Assembly (NCBI GenBank): GCA_019057795.1
Contig: JAHLWS010000065.1
Span: 96,001-160,000 of the forward strand
DNA from: Promethearchaeota archaeon
GTDB taxonomy: Archaea; Asgardarchaeota; Lokiarchaeia; Sigyniarchaeales; SOKP01
Direction: 5' to 3'
Length of the DNA: 64,000 nt
Shown here: positions 11,301 to 21,511 of the stretch, piece after piece
Layout of the letters: each line of letters begins with the position of its first letter
How positions within the stretch are numbered: position 1 is the stretch's first letter
Notes under the pieces: generated by a model
What the model saw: the letters and a program-made list of their open reading frames with translations, nothing else
Told to the model about the DNA's origin: nothing
Database searches by the model: none
Program-made: the position numbers and the translations under genes

Positions 11301-12702
11301 TTCTATTGATCTGGAACATATTCCTAATGCTATTGTGGATATAAATGGCTCAGGAATATCGGAGATTCTTGTAGAAAGTTTCAATAATTATTCAGTGATT
11401 ATAGATACAACGGATTTAAATCAAGGAGTAAACTTTTTAACAATTTTCGTCCGAAAAGATGGTTATGAAGCTCATTCGATTTTACTTATAATAGAAATAA
11501 TACAAATAGAAACCAATTTAAAGTTATTTTTAGATGGGGAGGACAAAACATCTAATCCATCAATTACTCTATATCCAACCCAGACTCTCAATATTACTAT
11601 TTCGTATTATGAATCTATAGCAGTGGCCCATGTTCCTAATGCTATTGTGGATATAAATGGCTCAGGAATATCGGAGATCCTTGTAGAAAGTTTCAATAAT
11701 TATTCAGTGATTATAGATACAACGGATTTAAATCAAGGAGTAAATTTCTTATCTATTTATGCTCGCAAGAATAATTATGAACCTCAGACTATTTTACTTA
11801 TAATAGAAATAATACAAATAGAAACCGATTTAATATTATTTTTGAATGGTGAGGATAAAACTCTTGATCCCGTATATAATCTTACAATTGGTGAGATATT
11901 AAATATAACAATAAAGTATACAGAACAAAGTGGAGCATATATTCCTGATGCTGTAGTACAACTAATAGGTGAGGGAATTTTAATAAATTTAACTAAAGAT
12001 GATTCTTTACAACAGCATTCCATAGAATTAGATACCGCAAATTTGACTATTAAAGTAAATCTGTTTTCAATTGTTGCGAAGGCTACGAATTATGAGATTC
12101 AAACTAAAAGCCCGATAATAACAATTAACAGGATAATCACTTTGATTAACATTTCCTCTCAAATAAATGTAGAACCTGGAGATGATGTCACATTGGAGGT
12201 AATTTTAATGGATATGTACTTTGGAGATACTATAAAAGGTGCTGTGGTTACTTACAGATGGGCTTATGGCCAAGGAGAACTCTTGGATCTTAATAATACT
12301 GGTACTTATGAGGGATTTTTGGAAAATGTCCCAGAAGGCACTTATACTATAACAATAAATGCTTTTAAAAGTGATAATTATGATTTTATTACAAAGGAAA
12401 TAACTTTAATTGTTACTCGTACTGAAACTGAAACTGGTCCTGATTTGAGTTGGTTAGTTTACGTGTTAATTGGTGCTATAATAGGTTTGGTCGGAATTTT
12501 TACACTCTATCAGAAAACCTTAAAATATCCTCCAACTGTAAGAAAATCGAGAAAAATTAGGAAGAAAATAAGAAAAGGTAAAAAGACAAAACCTGTAAAA
12601 GACATTGCATCTCGAGAAGATTTAATTAAAGGCCACCTCGAAAGTAATGTCGAAACTATTCAGTTAGAAAAAAAAACCGAAAAGGGATTAAAAGAAAAAT
12701 AA
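8374..12702 (+). CDS. Large surface glycoprotein with tandem Ig-like repeats and C-terminal TM anchor
   Basis: N-terminal hydrophobic segment, many NxS/T sequons, ~100-aa repeats, TM WLVYVLIGAIIGLVGIF followed by a basic tail. Confidence 0.8.
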   Translation: MKLSGRNFGYLKVNRRRKEKIFILSVLLINFLLTPFLNNFNIYNNLNEDNHKNEELPINYIKTQDLVSDNTFTGVGAPWNVTHYANGTKTNLEVSFNNNSYDNSQYVELYGWIGYQLNSTITNLYDTRNWINGTFHAGTDNGIVSNHDDTNDVYNWTFIKKDLPGGSYSNPMSGNYYDDSHSESDYQDSLELMIEDEGVSGSYDVGDKCWWETTFEIDRGAVDEAWLSFAAFPKYGDGYNNHMVLQVIVNNKTLWGNGLASMLEACGNSTDGQWYNPPSIYLDGNDQQLFPNGVKNMNITLEFKRVSGDAPGAYASSYSVLVDNVSLIVKSKAKPSQLELQLNNKDVIDNVNYGEGYCGMIGNWNGSEQSSVNANFSSNLNWPLTFEEDGSWISYKVELDTDLKLYMNKSTPESYYTADPDLNYQGSAFIVSNNSNTNWTTYAHMEIPTGYEETNMTIEYPSDYNLTGVFFSLNPDSLSQTTITKYGNKKLVNIPVSSITSNTNGFWKLTAVSPNYCTEMGIYNNATDNWEPSNVFLSGDYINITARINNSQLISGYIQQTNAQLQIRFPNGTIWTAKNQLKQVNDIGMVYFDPFQIPNSPPGYEVGEYQAIITWNNSYSNFDLNETGLIYKTFTVSHNSSLIPDQDYYSNIFVGDIVNIKVSFSDLENIQPIEGANVYAKNFTGGTQYFNEINPGYYFLEFNTTGGSGGDRNLTIYATHPLYEDAKVNTTIGLIEYTTLTAEEYPNIEVPWNSNFTIHLNYTETSTENGIEAATTTVYWSGDTFIDSANGIYNVTCNNTAYQVNVAHNLKIELNKTGYESQTIIISIEVVERETYIDEIFINNADCTANKSYNIHSGELMNITVKYKDTEKSGAFIPNAMVTLNGTSIGEIFTDNNVFNFYNLTLNSTKLTVGIHFLNIIAQKENYTALTELLTINVFERNTNWMLFLNGTDKTADPSIQLYDNQLLNITISYIDSIDLEHIPNAIVDINGSGISEILVESFNNYSVIIDTTDLNQGVNFLTIFVRKDGYEAHSILLIIEIIQIETNLKLFLDGEDKTSNPSITLYPTQTLNITISYYESIAVAHVPNAIVDINGSGISEILVESFNNYSVIIDTTDLNQGVNFLSIYARKNNYEPQTILLIIEIIQIETDLILFLNGEDKTLDPVYNLTIGEILNITIKYTEQSGAYIPDAVVQLIGEGILINLTKDDSLQQHSIELDTANLTIKVNLFSIVAKATNYEIQTKSPIITINRIITLINISSQINVEPGDDVTLEVILMDMYFGDTIKGAVVTYRWAYGQGELLDLNNTGTYEGFLENVPEGTYTITINAFKSDNYDFITKEITLIVTRTETETGPDLSWLVYVLIGAIIGLVGIFTLYQKTLKYPPTVRKSRKIRKKIRKGKKTKPVKDIASREDLIKGHLESNVETIQLEKKTEKGLKEK
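11281..11825 (+). repeat. Tandem 312-bp internal duplication of an Ig-like domain
   Basis: 11321-11432 nearly identical to 11633-11744 (PNAIVDINGSGISEILVESFNNYSVIIDTTDLNQGVNFL twice). Confidence 0.9.
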
Positions 12703-12729
12703 AAACTAGTAAAAATAAAAAAATTAAAT

Positions 12730-13866
12730 GTGAAAAATATGGCAAAAGGGTATATTATCAATAACTGGACAGAAGATCAAGGCCTTGGAGTTCAATTGAG
12801 TTATCCTGAGGATTTAGTTGTAGATCTCGATGATATGATGAGAATTTTTTACGCTCATATTACCGGTGCTGGAGAAGCTGGAAATGTGTTGGTACGATTA
12901 GAAAAAGCGCGTTCAAATGTTTCCAGCTATTTTACGGGAATGGAATCTGAAAATCAATTTATGATTAATTTCATTATGGAATTAGGTGAAGATCCCGAAA
13001 TTTTCGGAGAAGCCGTACTTTCAGAAATCAATAAAAATATTCTATTTTACCTTAAAAGAATTAACCAAAATCCAGCCAGTAGATTGGACATAACAATTGA
13101 ATTGACAGATTACATAAAAAACTCTCTAATGTACTTAGAGCGTTTAAAGAATTTAACGAAAGAGCAAGTGATGGCTCAAATATATTATAGTGAAAAAGGA
13201 AGAATGATATTAGAAATCTTACAAGAAAAACCTCATACTAAAAAAGAATTACATAGCCTATTAGAAGAGAAGACAGGGAAATTCATCCCTAATATTGATA
13301 CCTTGTTGAGTCATTTTGTTAAAACTGATCTCGTTAGACAAGATTGGATTGAAGGTGATTCAGACATTTCTTTATTTCTACTTTCAGATTTCATTATAAC
13401 TAGAAGTCCGGTAAGCAAACTATTAGAGGACGCAAAAAAAGGGCTCCCAAATCCTTACTTGGCTAGCAAGTACCTTGAATTAGCAACAGGTTATTTCTCA
13501 CACTATAAACCGTCAGAAGTAGACAATTTAAAAATAGCGTCTCACATGATAAATCCAGATTTATTCGATTATATTATTCTTTTTAGAGAAAGAGCTTATC
13601 CCATAAATAAAGTACCACGGGGACCTGGACAAATTTTTGATCAGATTAGGAGTTTTTTAGCTACACTGGAATCAGATAAGATTATTACTGTTTTAAAAAA
13701 CGAGAGTGACCTTGAATGGATATTTTTATTAACAGATATAACTGCTCAAAAATTTTATCCTGAGTATTTAATAGAAAATATTCGAAAAGCAGTATCAGAA
13801 AATACGTTGAAAAAAGAACCTGCAATTAGGCATTTAGAGCTTCTTGAGCAAATATACAAGAAATAA
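12730..13866 (+). CDS. Longin-like plus winged-helix hypothetical protein
   Basis: GYIINNWTEDQGLGVQLSYP start; wHTH-like middle (ILEILQEKPHTKKEL). Confidence 0.5.
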   Translation: MKNMAKGYIINNWTEDQGLGVQLSYPEDLVVDLDDMMRIFYAHITGAGEAGNVLVRLEKARSNVSSYFTGMESENQFMINFIMELGEDPEIFGEAVLSEINKNILFYLKRINQNPASRLDITIELTDYIKNSLMYLERLKNLTKEQVMAQIYYSEKGRMILEILQEKPHTKKELHSLLEEKTGKFIPNIDTLLSHFVKTDLVRQDWIEGDSDISLFLLSDFIITRSPVSKLLEDAKKGLPNPYLASKYLELATGYFSHYKPSEVDNLKIASHMINPDLFDYIILFRERAYPINKVPRGPGQIFDQIRSFLATLESDKIITVLKNESDLEWIFLLTDITAQKFYPEYLIENIRKAVSENTLKKEPAIRHLELLEQIYKK

Positions 13867-13889
13867 GGTAAAAAGGTGATAAATTAGAG

Positions 13890-15881
13890 TTGTCTGACGA
13901 TATTGATGAGTTTAAATCGACAAAACATGTATTAGAACTTATAGGATTAACTCAAGATGAGATTGAAGCTTATTTTCATTTGACAGGAAGAGGTCCCGTA
14001 ATGGCGGGAGAAATTGCGCTTTTAATTGATGTTCCTGAGGAGAGGGCATTTCAAATTGCTAATAGTCTACTCGAAAAAGGATTAGTTCGTGAAATTCCCG
14101 GAACGAATCCATTTTATATCGCTTTACCTCCCTATTCTGCCTTACTGAACCAAATACGAAATTTTAAGGAAATAGTAAGAAAAATTCAAAAATCAACTCC
14201 AAAAGCTTTACAGTTAAAATTTAAGGAAATTGAAGAACATTCAGCAAAATTAAGTAAGTTTGATGAGTATAGAAGCTATATAAACATCATGAAAACTAAT
14301 CTGCCAGCTCAAATAAAAGCACAATTCAGTAAAGTCGAAAAAGAACTTGATAATGTAAAAAAGTTTCAAGAAATAAGAAGGTATATCCTTAATCTGAGGG
14401 AAATCGTACCTGATGAAATTATAAAAGAATTTGGTGTAGTTGAAACACGCTTAGAAAAAATTAAATCAGAGATTTCTATCGCCTTTGAAAAGCAATTTAG
14501 AATTGGAGCTTTAAAAACCATGGCAGAAAAGATTGTTTCTAGAATAATATCAGAACAATTTGGTGACCTTACTGATTATTTTCGAGAAAAATTTGTTAAT
14601 GCTATTCGAAATACTCTTGATCAAGTCACCGACCAATTAGCTTCAATTTCTGATGTCGCTGGCGAAATGAGTACCGATTTAGGAAGTTTTTTATCAGATA
14701 TCGTATCAGGATTAGAAGATACTCTAGAAGATTTGGATGGTAGAATTTCATCTGTTTATGAGGATGTTGATAAAGGAATTGAAGAATTAAAAGGATTATT
14801 TCAAAATGAAATATATAAAACGCTCGAAGAAGACATTATGGGAAATATTTTAAAACAACTTGATTTGTCTGAAAAAACTATGACTGAGTTTTGGGAACGG
14901 TCAAAAAAAGCTTCAATGTTGAGTTTCAAGGATGTGTGGTTTGTAAGAAGTGTTGAGGGCATGAAAGCTCAAATCAACGAATCTCTTACTCGAGTTAAGG
15001 CCAGATTTCATATTATCGTACCTAGATTGGAGGAAATTGATTTAGTAGCACTTTCAAAAGTAAAAAAACATATCAATGTTAGAATTTCAACAAATTTCGA
15101 TTTGAATAATCCCAACGATCAATTAAAACTAGCTGAAATTGTAAAATACCCTAACATCAACATACGGCTTTATTCTCGAGAAAGTTTATATGCAATCAAT
15201 AGAGATTTTGAAGAAGTCGTAGTTTGTGCCGCATCAAAATCAAAATTGGGAGATATGGAGATAGCTGGTATGGGGTCTATTCTTGAAGAACATGTCAAAT
15301 TATTTGCAGGTCTATTAGAAGATATATGGATTCAAAGTCGGAAAGTTAAAACTGAAGAAATCATGTATGCTATTCAATCATCTCAAAGGATAGAAAAAGT
15401 ACAACAGCCGATTCAGCAAACTACTTTTCAAATGCCGCAAACACCTTCAGTACCAATAAAACCCGAAATCCAAATTAAACCCACTACAACTATTGTGGAA
15501 AATAATGTACTAAAACCATTTGAACAAAAACCTACAGTTCCAACTCAACCAACACTTCCTCAATTGCCAACCGCAGAACAACAAGAGGGTGTAAAAAAAC
15601 CAATAGCTACGCTTGATTCAACATTAAATAAAGAGGGAACTATTTCGCAATTATTTGATGATATAATTAATCTTCTTGATAAAAAAATAGGTTCTGAAAT
15701 TTCAAACGATTTAGAACACATTCGAAATAGAATAACTGAGGAGATTGGATATACGGCTGTTTTAAGACAAATAGGTCTTACAATAGCTTCCTTAAAAACA
15801 GTACCTAATTTACTATCTTCAATGGAAGTAGAAGATACTATAAAAAAGATAAATTTTTGGAGAAAAAAAATTAATGTATAG
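13890..15881 (+). CDS. TrmB-type HTH regulator with long helical insert and PLD-like effector domain
   Basis: IGLTQDEIEAYFHL..SLLEKGLV..YIALPP (TrmB HTH); helical repeats; C-terminal TrmB/PLD-like region. Confidence 0.7.
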   Translation: MSDDIDEFKSTKHVLELIGLTQDEIEAYFHLTGRGPVMAGEIALLIDVPEERAFQIANSLLEKGLVREIPGTNPFYIALPPYSALLNQIRNFKEIVRKIQKSTPKALQLKFKEIEEHSAKLSKFDEYRSYINIMKTNLPAQIKAQFSKVEKELDNVKKFQEIRRYILNLREIVPDEIIKEFGVVETRLEKIKSEISIAFEKQFRIGALKTMAEKIVSRIISEQFGDLTDYFREKFVNAIRNTLDQVTDQLASISDVAGEMSTDLGSFLSDIVSGLEDTLEDLDGRISSVYEDVDKGIEELKGLFQNEIYKTLEEDIMGNILKQLDLSEKTMTEFWERSKKASMLSFKDVWFVRSVEGMKAQINESLTRVKARFHIIVPRLEEIDLVALSKVKKHINVRISTNFDLNNPNDQLKLAEIVKYPNINIRLYSRESLYAINRDFEEVVVCAASKSKLGDMEIAGMGSILEEHVKLFAGLLEDIWIQSRKVKTEEIMYAIQSSQRIEKVQQPIQQTTFQMPQTPSVPIKPEIQIKPTTTIVENNVLKPFEQKPTVPTQPTLPQLPTAEQQEGVKKPIATLDSTLNKEGTISQLFDDIINLLDKKIGSEISNDLEHIRNRITEEIGYTAVLRQIGLTIASLKTVPNLLSSMEVEDTIKKINFWRKKINV

Positions 15882-16001
15882 AATAATAAGATCTGACCTC
15901 TTGTTTCTCTTAATATAAATAAAAAAAAAATTCGAGAGTTAAATTAGTATAGCTTATCTCACTGCCCTGACCTAAAAAATGAAAAGTACCTAAAAGTCGT
16001 C

Positions 16002-16700
16002 TTAGTTGGTATTACTTCCATCTTTTTCACCATTGATATTGTTAATTTTTTCAGTAATCTCATCAAGAGTAGTTTTATCGTCATAATTAATCTTTTTAAC
16101 TTTCATTACATGCCATGTGTAAAATGTAGCCACTATTCCTATTATCGAGCATAAAAGGAACACGATCCTAACTCCTAAGACTTCAGCTAAAGGTCCCGCA
16201 ATTAAAGCACCAAAAGGGGCGATCATTGATGAGATTGACTGATCTATAGAACTCACTCTACCCATTTTATCGTGTGGAACAATTGTTTGTATGATTGTCA
16301 TGTATATTGTGTTACCAATGGGTAATAAAAAGCCAACTACAAATGTTGCGACTCCCATCATTAGGAAAAAACCATTCGGTGCGAAAGCAAATACTGAAAG
16401 TATTCCTGTTATCACCACCAAAGAACCAAAGTAAGTAAAAAGCTTATGTTTCCACTCCTTTTTTACACTGGTGAGTAACGCTCCCAATACCATGCCAACC
16501 TGAAATAATACCATTATAAACGCAAAATCTGAAGCTGATCCTGCATGAATATGAGGCGCTTCTACTATATAAGGTAATAACACGTTGAAAGGCATCAGCA
16601 AAAAGTTAAGCAACATAAACAGCAATAATAACGTTAAAATCCCAGGTATAAGTCTTATCGTCTTTAATCCTGTTTTAAATTCAAAAAGAAAATTTCTTAT
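16002..16700 (-). pseudogene. MFS transporter, C-terminal half only
   Basis: QTIVPHDKMGRVSS and GPLAEVLGVR MFS motifs; frame closed by TAA just upstream of RNFLFEFKTGLKTI; N-terminal six TM helices absent. Confidence 0.75.
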
Positions 16701-16732
16701 TTACAACCGACTAAGAAATAATCAGAATTAGT

Positions 16733-17161
16733 TTATTCCCATAATTCTAAGAAATCAAACTCAGATAATTCATTTATTCTTGGGAAATGTCTTCTGTCTT
16801 TTGTTATCAGAGTAACTTTGTTTGCTATGGCAATAGATGCATTTAAAAGATCAAATTGAGGCACTCGAAGCCCTTGATCATCCAATTCGGCGCAAATTTC
16901 GCCGTATATTTTACTTGAATTATTATCTAATGTTAGAATTTCCGGAAAATTTAATATAAACTTATTCAATTTTTTTACTTCGGCAATTTGTTTTTCTTTT
17001 GATTTTAGGCGATAGGCACCATACCATAGTTCACATGCGGTGATTTGAGTAATTCGTAGATCTGCTCCTTGAACTATCAATTCATTTATTTTTTTATTGG
17101 TTTCTTGATTTTTACCTCTCAAGAAATCAATAGCTACATCAGTCTCAATAATTTTAATCAT
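16733..17161 (-). CDS. vapC: VapC PIN-domain toxin
   Basis: IETDVAIDFL, ACELW, FDLLNASIA, TKDRRHF. Confidence 0.9.
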   Translation of the reverse strand: MIKIIETDVAIDFLRGKNQETNKKINELIVQGADLRITQITACELWYGAYRLKSKEKQIAEVKKLNKFILNFPEILTLDNNSSKIYGEICAELDDQGLRVPQFDLLNASIAIANKVTLITKDRRHFPRINELSEFDFLELWE

Positions 17162-17381
17162 TGGTTTCGCGACCTGTTAAATTATTTTCTCTAATTCTTT
17201 TTACATTTTCTTCTAACCCATTCCATAATTCAGGATCAAACTTGTTTTGCAATAATAGCCATGGATTGTCTTTTTTAGAAATTAACCTTTCGATCAATCT
17301 TGAGAATGATTCACCTTCTCGTTTTTCGTTTTTTAGTAAATTATATGCTTGCTCTGATAATGAAATTGTTTTTTGTGTCAT
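17154..17381 (-). CDS. vapB: VapB-type antitoxin (DUF217-like)
   Basis: KTISLSEQAYNLLKNEKREGESFSRLIERL; overlaps vapC start. Confidence 0.88.
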   Translation of the reverse strand: MTQKTISLSEQAYNLLKNEKREGESFSRLIERLISKKDNPWLLLQNKFDPELWNGLEENVKRIRENNLTGRETND

Positions 17382-17507
17382 AATTAAGTAACATAAATAG
17401 ACCTATTTAAATAGATCTACTTTTTTCTCTTTATCATAATCAATTGTCTTTATAAAAGCATCCGCTTTTTACTCAAATTGATTTTAACTTGTTTATCAAT
17501 AAATACC

Positions 17508-18035
17508 TTAAAATAGGTTTAGATTCGCGATTCCTAGATATTTCTCTACAACCTCTAAAACTTCTTCTTTTGACCCAATATATCCAAAGATTTGATGTCT
17601 AGCTTTTCCATGGGACGCATTATCGATAGATTCAAACTGACTTAGTTGTAGCTCGATTTCCCCATATTTTAAAGATAATTTATTTGGAGATTCCGAATTA
17701 TACGATTGAACCACGCCAATTTCGCTCTCTGGATGATCTCGAGAAACATCAAAACAGTCATCTTGAGTTTTAGGGATATCGTTGGAAAGCTTAACTAGAA
17801 AACCATATTCTTCTGAATCGGGAATTTTAAGTACATAACCGATTTTTGCGTGCCGAGTAAAATCAATATCTTCAGGTCGAACTGCTAACTTGTAAACATC
17901 GTCAACATCTAATTTGAAGGCAATGTAATTGTCTCCTACTTTCAATCGATCTTCGGGGATAATGCGAAAGTAGGACTTTGAGTAATTAACAATATTTTTC
18001 CTGCTGTTATCATCATCTGTCAAAAAGGAAAACAT
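17508..18035 (-). pseudogene. C-terminal part of an interrupted host gene (DUF6786-like)
   Basis: SYFRIIP..KIGY..VQSYN..YGEIE; directly abuts the left island repeat. Confidence 0.6.
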
Positions 18036-18037
18036 CT

Positions 18038-18052
18038 TATTATACGAAAGTA
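18038..18052 (+). repeat. Left boundary direct repeat TATTATACGAAAGTA
   Basis: Exact match to 33504-33518. Confidence 0.9.
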
Positions 18053-18096
18053 AACTTAGACAATTTTAATTGTATTTTTCTCAATCATTATTTTAA

Positions 18097-18530
18097 TTAA
18101 AGTATAAAAAGTCTGTTTTTCAGTTCGTAAGGATAGTTACAAAAGACAGCGATGCTGAGGAACTTAAGTATCTTATTGTTATAGATGAAGTTCATGCTAT
18201 TTTAGAAAAAATTATCACTACAAACAGCGATACAGCTGATTTCATCGTTAAAGAACAAATGGCGAAAAGATTCTCAGAATTATTAAAGGAGGATCGAAGT
18301 CGCGGTGTCGGGTTCGCTATTACGGATCAATCTCCCGCTCGTTTGTTCGATGATGTGGTTTCTCAGCCAAATATAAAAGTGATTTTCAGGGAAGTCTATA
18401 TCCAAATAACCTTCTTTTTTCACAAGATGCTGTTGAACGACAAATTTTAACACAACTAGCCAATAGACTAGCATTATTAATTAATGGAGCGAAATGGGAA
18501 AAATATTTAATCCGATCTTTAAATTTTTCT
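18097..18530 (+). pseudogene. C-terminal remnant of a second HerA/VirB4-like ATPase
   Basis: KYLIVIDEVHAIL (Walker B)...LLKEDRSRGVGFAITDQSPARL; no Walker A and no upstream start codon. Confidence 0.75.
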
Positions 18531-18552
18531 TTGTTATAAAACAATAGGAAAC

Positions 18553-19323
18553 TTAAATGAGTTTTTTATCTTTAAGATGATTTACTATTCGGTTTACAAC
18601 AGCTATGCATTCAGAAAGCAGATCTTGAACATCGTCATTTGTATAAGTTAATTCGGGATGTGCAGTAGGATTTCTGTAATTTACGCGAATTGCATCTAAT
18701 TGATCTAAAATTTCCCTTGGTGGAGGGACTGATATACTTTTTAAGTTTATTACAATATTTCCCCAGTTATCTTTACAGCCAGATGAACTATTTAATTTAT
18801 CAAAGAACCACCTCACAATTCCCTCCATACCACGTAGTATATGAAACGCTCCTGCTGTCGATCTTTCAAAGGCAATGCATTTTCCACCTTCGCTGAAATC
18901 GAATCGTGGTAAATCAGGGAGTTCATTAAAAATATTTTGTGCAAATAAATCTTTTATTTCATCTAATAACTTTTCAACTTTTATCCTTTTTTCTGTTATT
19001 ACATAAACTATCCTCCCTTGTAATTCAGCATGAATAACCGTATTTATTTTATCCATCAGAAGAAATATCTCGTTTACATCTTTCTTTTCTAATGTATACT
19101 TGCTATCTGTTTCATCAAGTCTTTCTTTATATTCCTTTAACTCACTGAACCATTCTACATTAGATGTTACCTCTAAATTTAATTCATCTATGTTTTCTAT
19201 GAAACGTTCAAAGCTATCTTTAACAAAGTTTTCTTTATGATAAGGGAAACCAGGTTCTACTAATCTTAGATAATTAATATCTCGTCCAAATGCTACATAA
19301 TCCTTAATGTTTTTCGTCTTCAT
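18553..19323 (-). CDS. HEPN-type (DUF4145-like) protein
   Basis: EGGKCIAFERSTAGAFHILRGME...YRNPTAHP (RxxxxH). Confidence 0.7.
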   Translation of the reverse strand: MKTKNIKDYVAFGRDINYLRLVEPGFPYHKENFVKDSFERFIENIDELNLEVTSNVEWFSELKEYKERLDETDSKYTLEKKDVNEIFLLMDKINTVIHAELQGRIVYVITEKRIKVEKLLDEIKDLFAQNIFNELPDLPRFDFSEGGKCIAFERSTAGAFHILRGMEGIVRWFFDKLNSSSGCKDNWGNIVINLKSISVPPPREILDQLDAIRVNYRNPTAHPELTYTNDDVQDLLSECIAVVNRIVNHLKDKKLI

Positions 19324-19556
19324 ATTTAATCTTTTATCTTTCCCGTTATATATCTTTTACTATTTTCTTAAAAGATCTTATTATAATTATTAAATCAAGT
19401 TATAATGAGATGTGACTTTCGTAAAAATGATTAAAAATAAGAAAGATTGTCAAAATTTTTGTTCTATCTCATTAAACAGATTATTTCTTTGGCAATATAT
19501 CAAATTTCTATTTTTACTTACTTTGCGATTATTAAATTTAAATTAGTGAAAAAATT

Positions 19557-20384
19557 CTAATCTTTTATATTTATACCTTGCTCTTTCAAGCAATCCCTGA
19601 AATATTTGAGAAATTCTTCTAAAACATGTTGGTTATTAATTAATTCACCATATGAAAAGGTTTCATTTGATTTCTCGTTGTGAATTGAGGTTTCGTTAAA
19701 TCTAATCTCGATAGACCATTTAGAATTATGTAATTTTATATTTCTTCCTGAACCGTGATGATCAATAATTAAATCTTCCTTTAACCTCTGTATCATTGCA
19801 AAATCAAGCTTGATAATTAAATTAATATTAATATCATCTGATTGTGGGTTTTTTAAAATATTGTATAATTCTTGGTATTTTCTTTGCTTATGATTAATCT
19901 GATAATCTTGGTGGGTTAAATTTTTATTCATTAACCTAATATACGGCAATGATTCTCCACTCCCCAAAATCTTTGTCTTTCTCATAGTATCTATTACGAA
20001 TTCGACGTATTTTTCTGCCTCTGGTTGCCTGAACGTTTGCTTTAACGATTCAAATCTATGCTGGTAAACACTTCTTTCAATATGGAAATCTTTAACGATC
20101 TCATCATAACTTTTTAAATTCCAAGGGAAATTTTGTTGCATATTTTTATATAGTATTGGAAAGTCGTAAGTTCGACCATCTCTTTTATTCTTAAATATTA
20201 AATCTATACGATTGTTTTCTGCCATCACAACCATACATATCTTAGACAAAACATTATCAGCAAGGTAATGACCTAACTCATAAATTATCGGAATTTCGTT
20301 TTTCGCAAGGTTTTTTGCTATACTTATCATTTTTTTAAGAGTCGTATTATAGGAACGAATATTAGCTTTATCCATGATTAACAA
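19557..20384 (-). CDS. Putative HEPN-like protein, paralog of 27450..28325
   Basis: YELGHYLADNVLSKIC...ERSVYQH (RxxxxH). Confidence 0.6.
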   Translation of the reverse strand: MLIMDKANIRSYNTTLKKMISIAKNLAKNEIPIIYELGHYLADNVLSKICMVVMAENNRIDLIFKNKRDGRTYDFPILYKNMQQNFPWNLKSYDEIVKDFHIERSVYQHRFESLKQTFRQPEAEKYVEFVIDTMRKTKILGSGESLPYIRLMNKNLTHQDYQINHKQRKYQELYNILKNPQSDDININLIIKLDFAMIQRLKEDLIIDHHGSGRNIKLHNSKWSIEIRFNETSIHNEKSNETFSYGELINNQHVLEEFLKYFRDCLKEQGINIKD

Positions 20385-20706
20385 AACTTAATTTTGATAT
20401 TTTAAAATTCTTATTAACTAGAACACATGTTATTTAGATTAATTAATTAAATTATCAAGCCTTTGATTTGTTTTATTCGAGGAGAGAGTAAGGATTTTCT
20501 CTATAATTGTTATTTAAAGAATCAATTCTTCTATTAACCTACACCTTTATTAAAAAGATTTAACGACGATTCATTTTAGTAATTCCATTATAATAGTGCC
20601 AAATAGCAAAATTTGATTGTTTTTTAAATTCAATTTGATAAACCAAGAAAGATTTTTTAATTTCTAAATACTTATCATTTTAAAATCTAAATATTAGCAT
20701 TTTATC

Positions 20707-21456
20707 ATGTTTGATATCACTTTAAAATCTGTTTATAATCTGGGTCCAGAAAATTCGTGGTTTATTATCGCTCCTATATCATTTGCCTTTAATAATGTGT
20801 ATTATTTAGAGCTCGAGATAATTCCACCATTGAGTGATAAAAGAAAACAAATTGAAGGAAAGTATAAAATAGCGTATATTTATGGTGATCAAAAAACTTT
20901 CATAGATGAAAGATTTCTAAATAGTATAAAAAAAAGAGTTGTAAAAAAAAAGGACCCCGAACAACCGCTCGATATTGATTATAAAGTATGCTTATTGTGT
21001 TTAGAAATAAGTGACCCGTTAGATGCCCAATACTTAATTCGAGCAAAAATGTCAGTAATTAATAAAGAACTAATTGATTCTCTTTTGACATCAAACGTAA
21101 AGAAAAAAGATTTAATTGCTCTAACTGAAAGATTTCTTAAACAAGATTATAAAACTGCTATAAAGGAAGCAGGTATATTTGGGGAATATATAGCAAAACA
21201 ATTTCTTAAAAAATTAAAAAAGAAGTATGTAAGTTATAGTTCCGCAGTTAATCATTTATCAAATCTAAAGAAAACTAACAGGATGAAAATCAATTACAAA
21301 TTAATTGGAAATTTCCTTCATCCAATTTATTTTATCAGAAACGAAGCAATGCATCCAAGTTCAGAAATTCCAATGGACGAGACTACTGCATCCTTAGTCT
21401 TAACAAATCTTTCCGGATTAATTACATATCTTTCTATCAATCAGATAAAATTTTAA
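20707..21456 (+). CDS. Unknown N-terminal domain plus C-terminal HEPN-like domain
   Basis: DYKTAIKEAGIFGE...IRNEAMHP. Confidence 0.6.
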   Translation: MFDITLKSVYNLGPENSWFIIAPISFAFNNVYYLELEIIPPLSDKRKQIEGKYKIAYIYGDQKTFIDERFLNSIKKRVVKKKDPEQPLDIDYKVCLLCLEISDPLDAQYLIRAKMSVINKELIDSLLTSNVKKKDLIALTERFLKQDYKTAIKEAGIFGEYIAKQFLKKLKKKYVSYSSAVNHLSNLKKTNRMKINYKLIGNFLHPIYFIRNEAMHPSSEIPMDETTASLVLTNLSGLITYLSINQIKF

Positions 21457-21511
21457 AGAAAAAGAAGCTATGGCTTAACTTTAAGTTCAATTAAAATTAA
21501 TATATGATTAA

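Noticed and set aside
18038-18052. Canonical dif/lox site at the left end
   Set aside because: Only one arm is present, with no inverted partner arm across a 6-8 bp spacer; kept only as a weaker hypothesis
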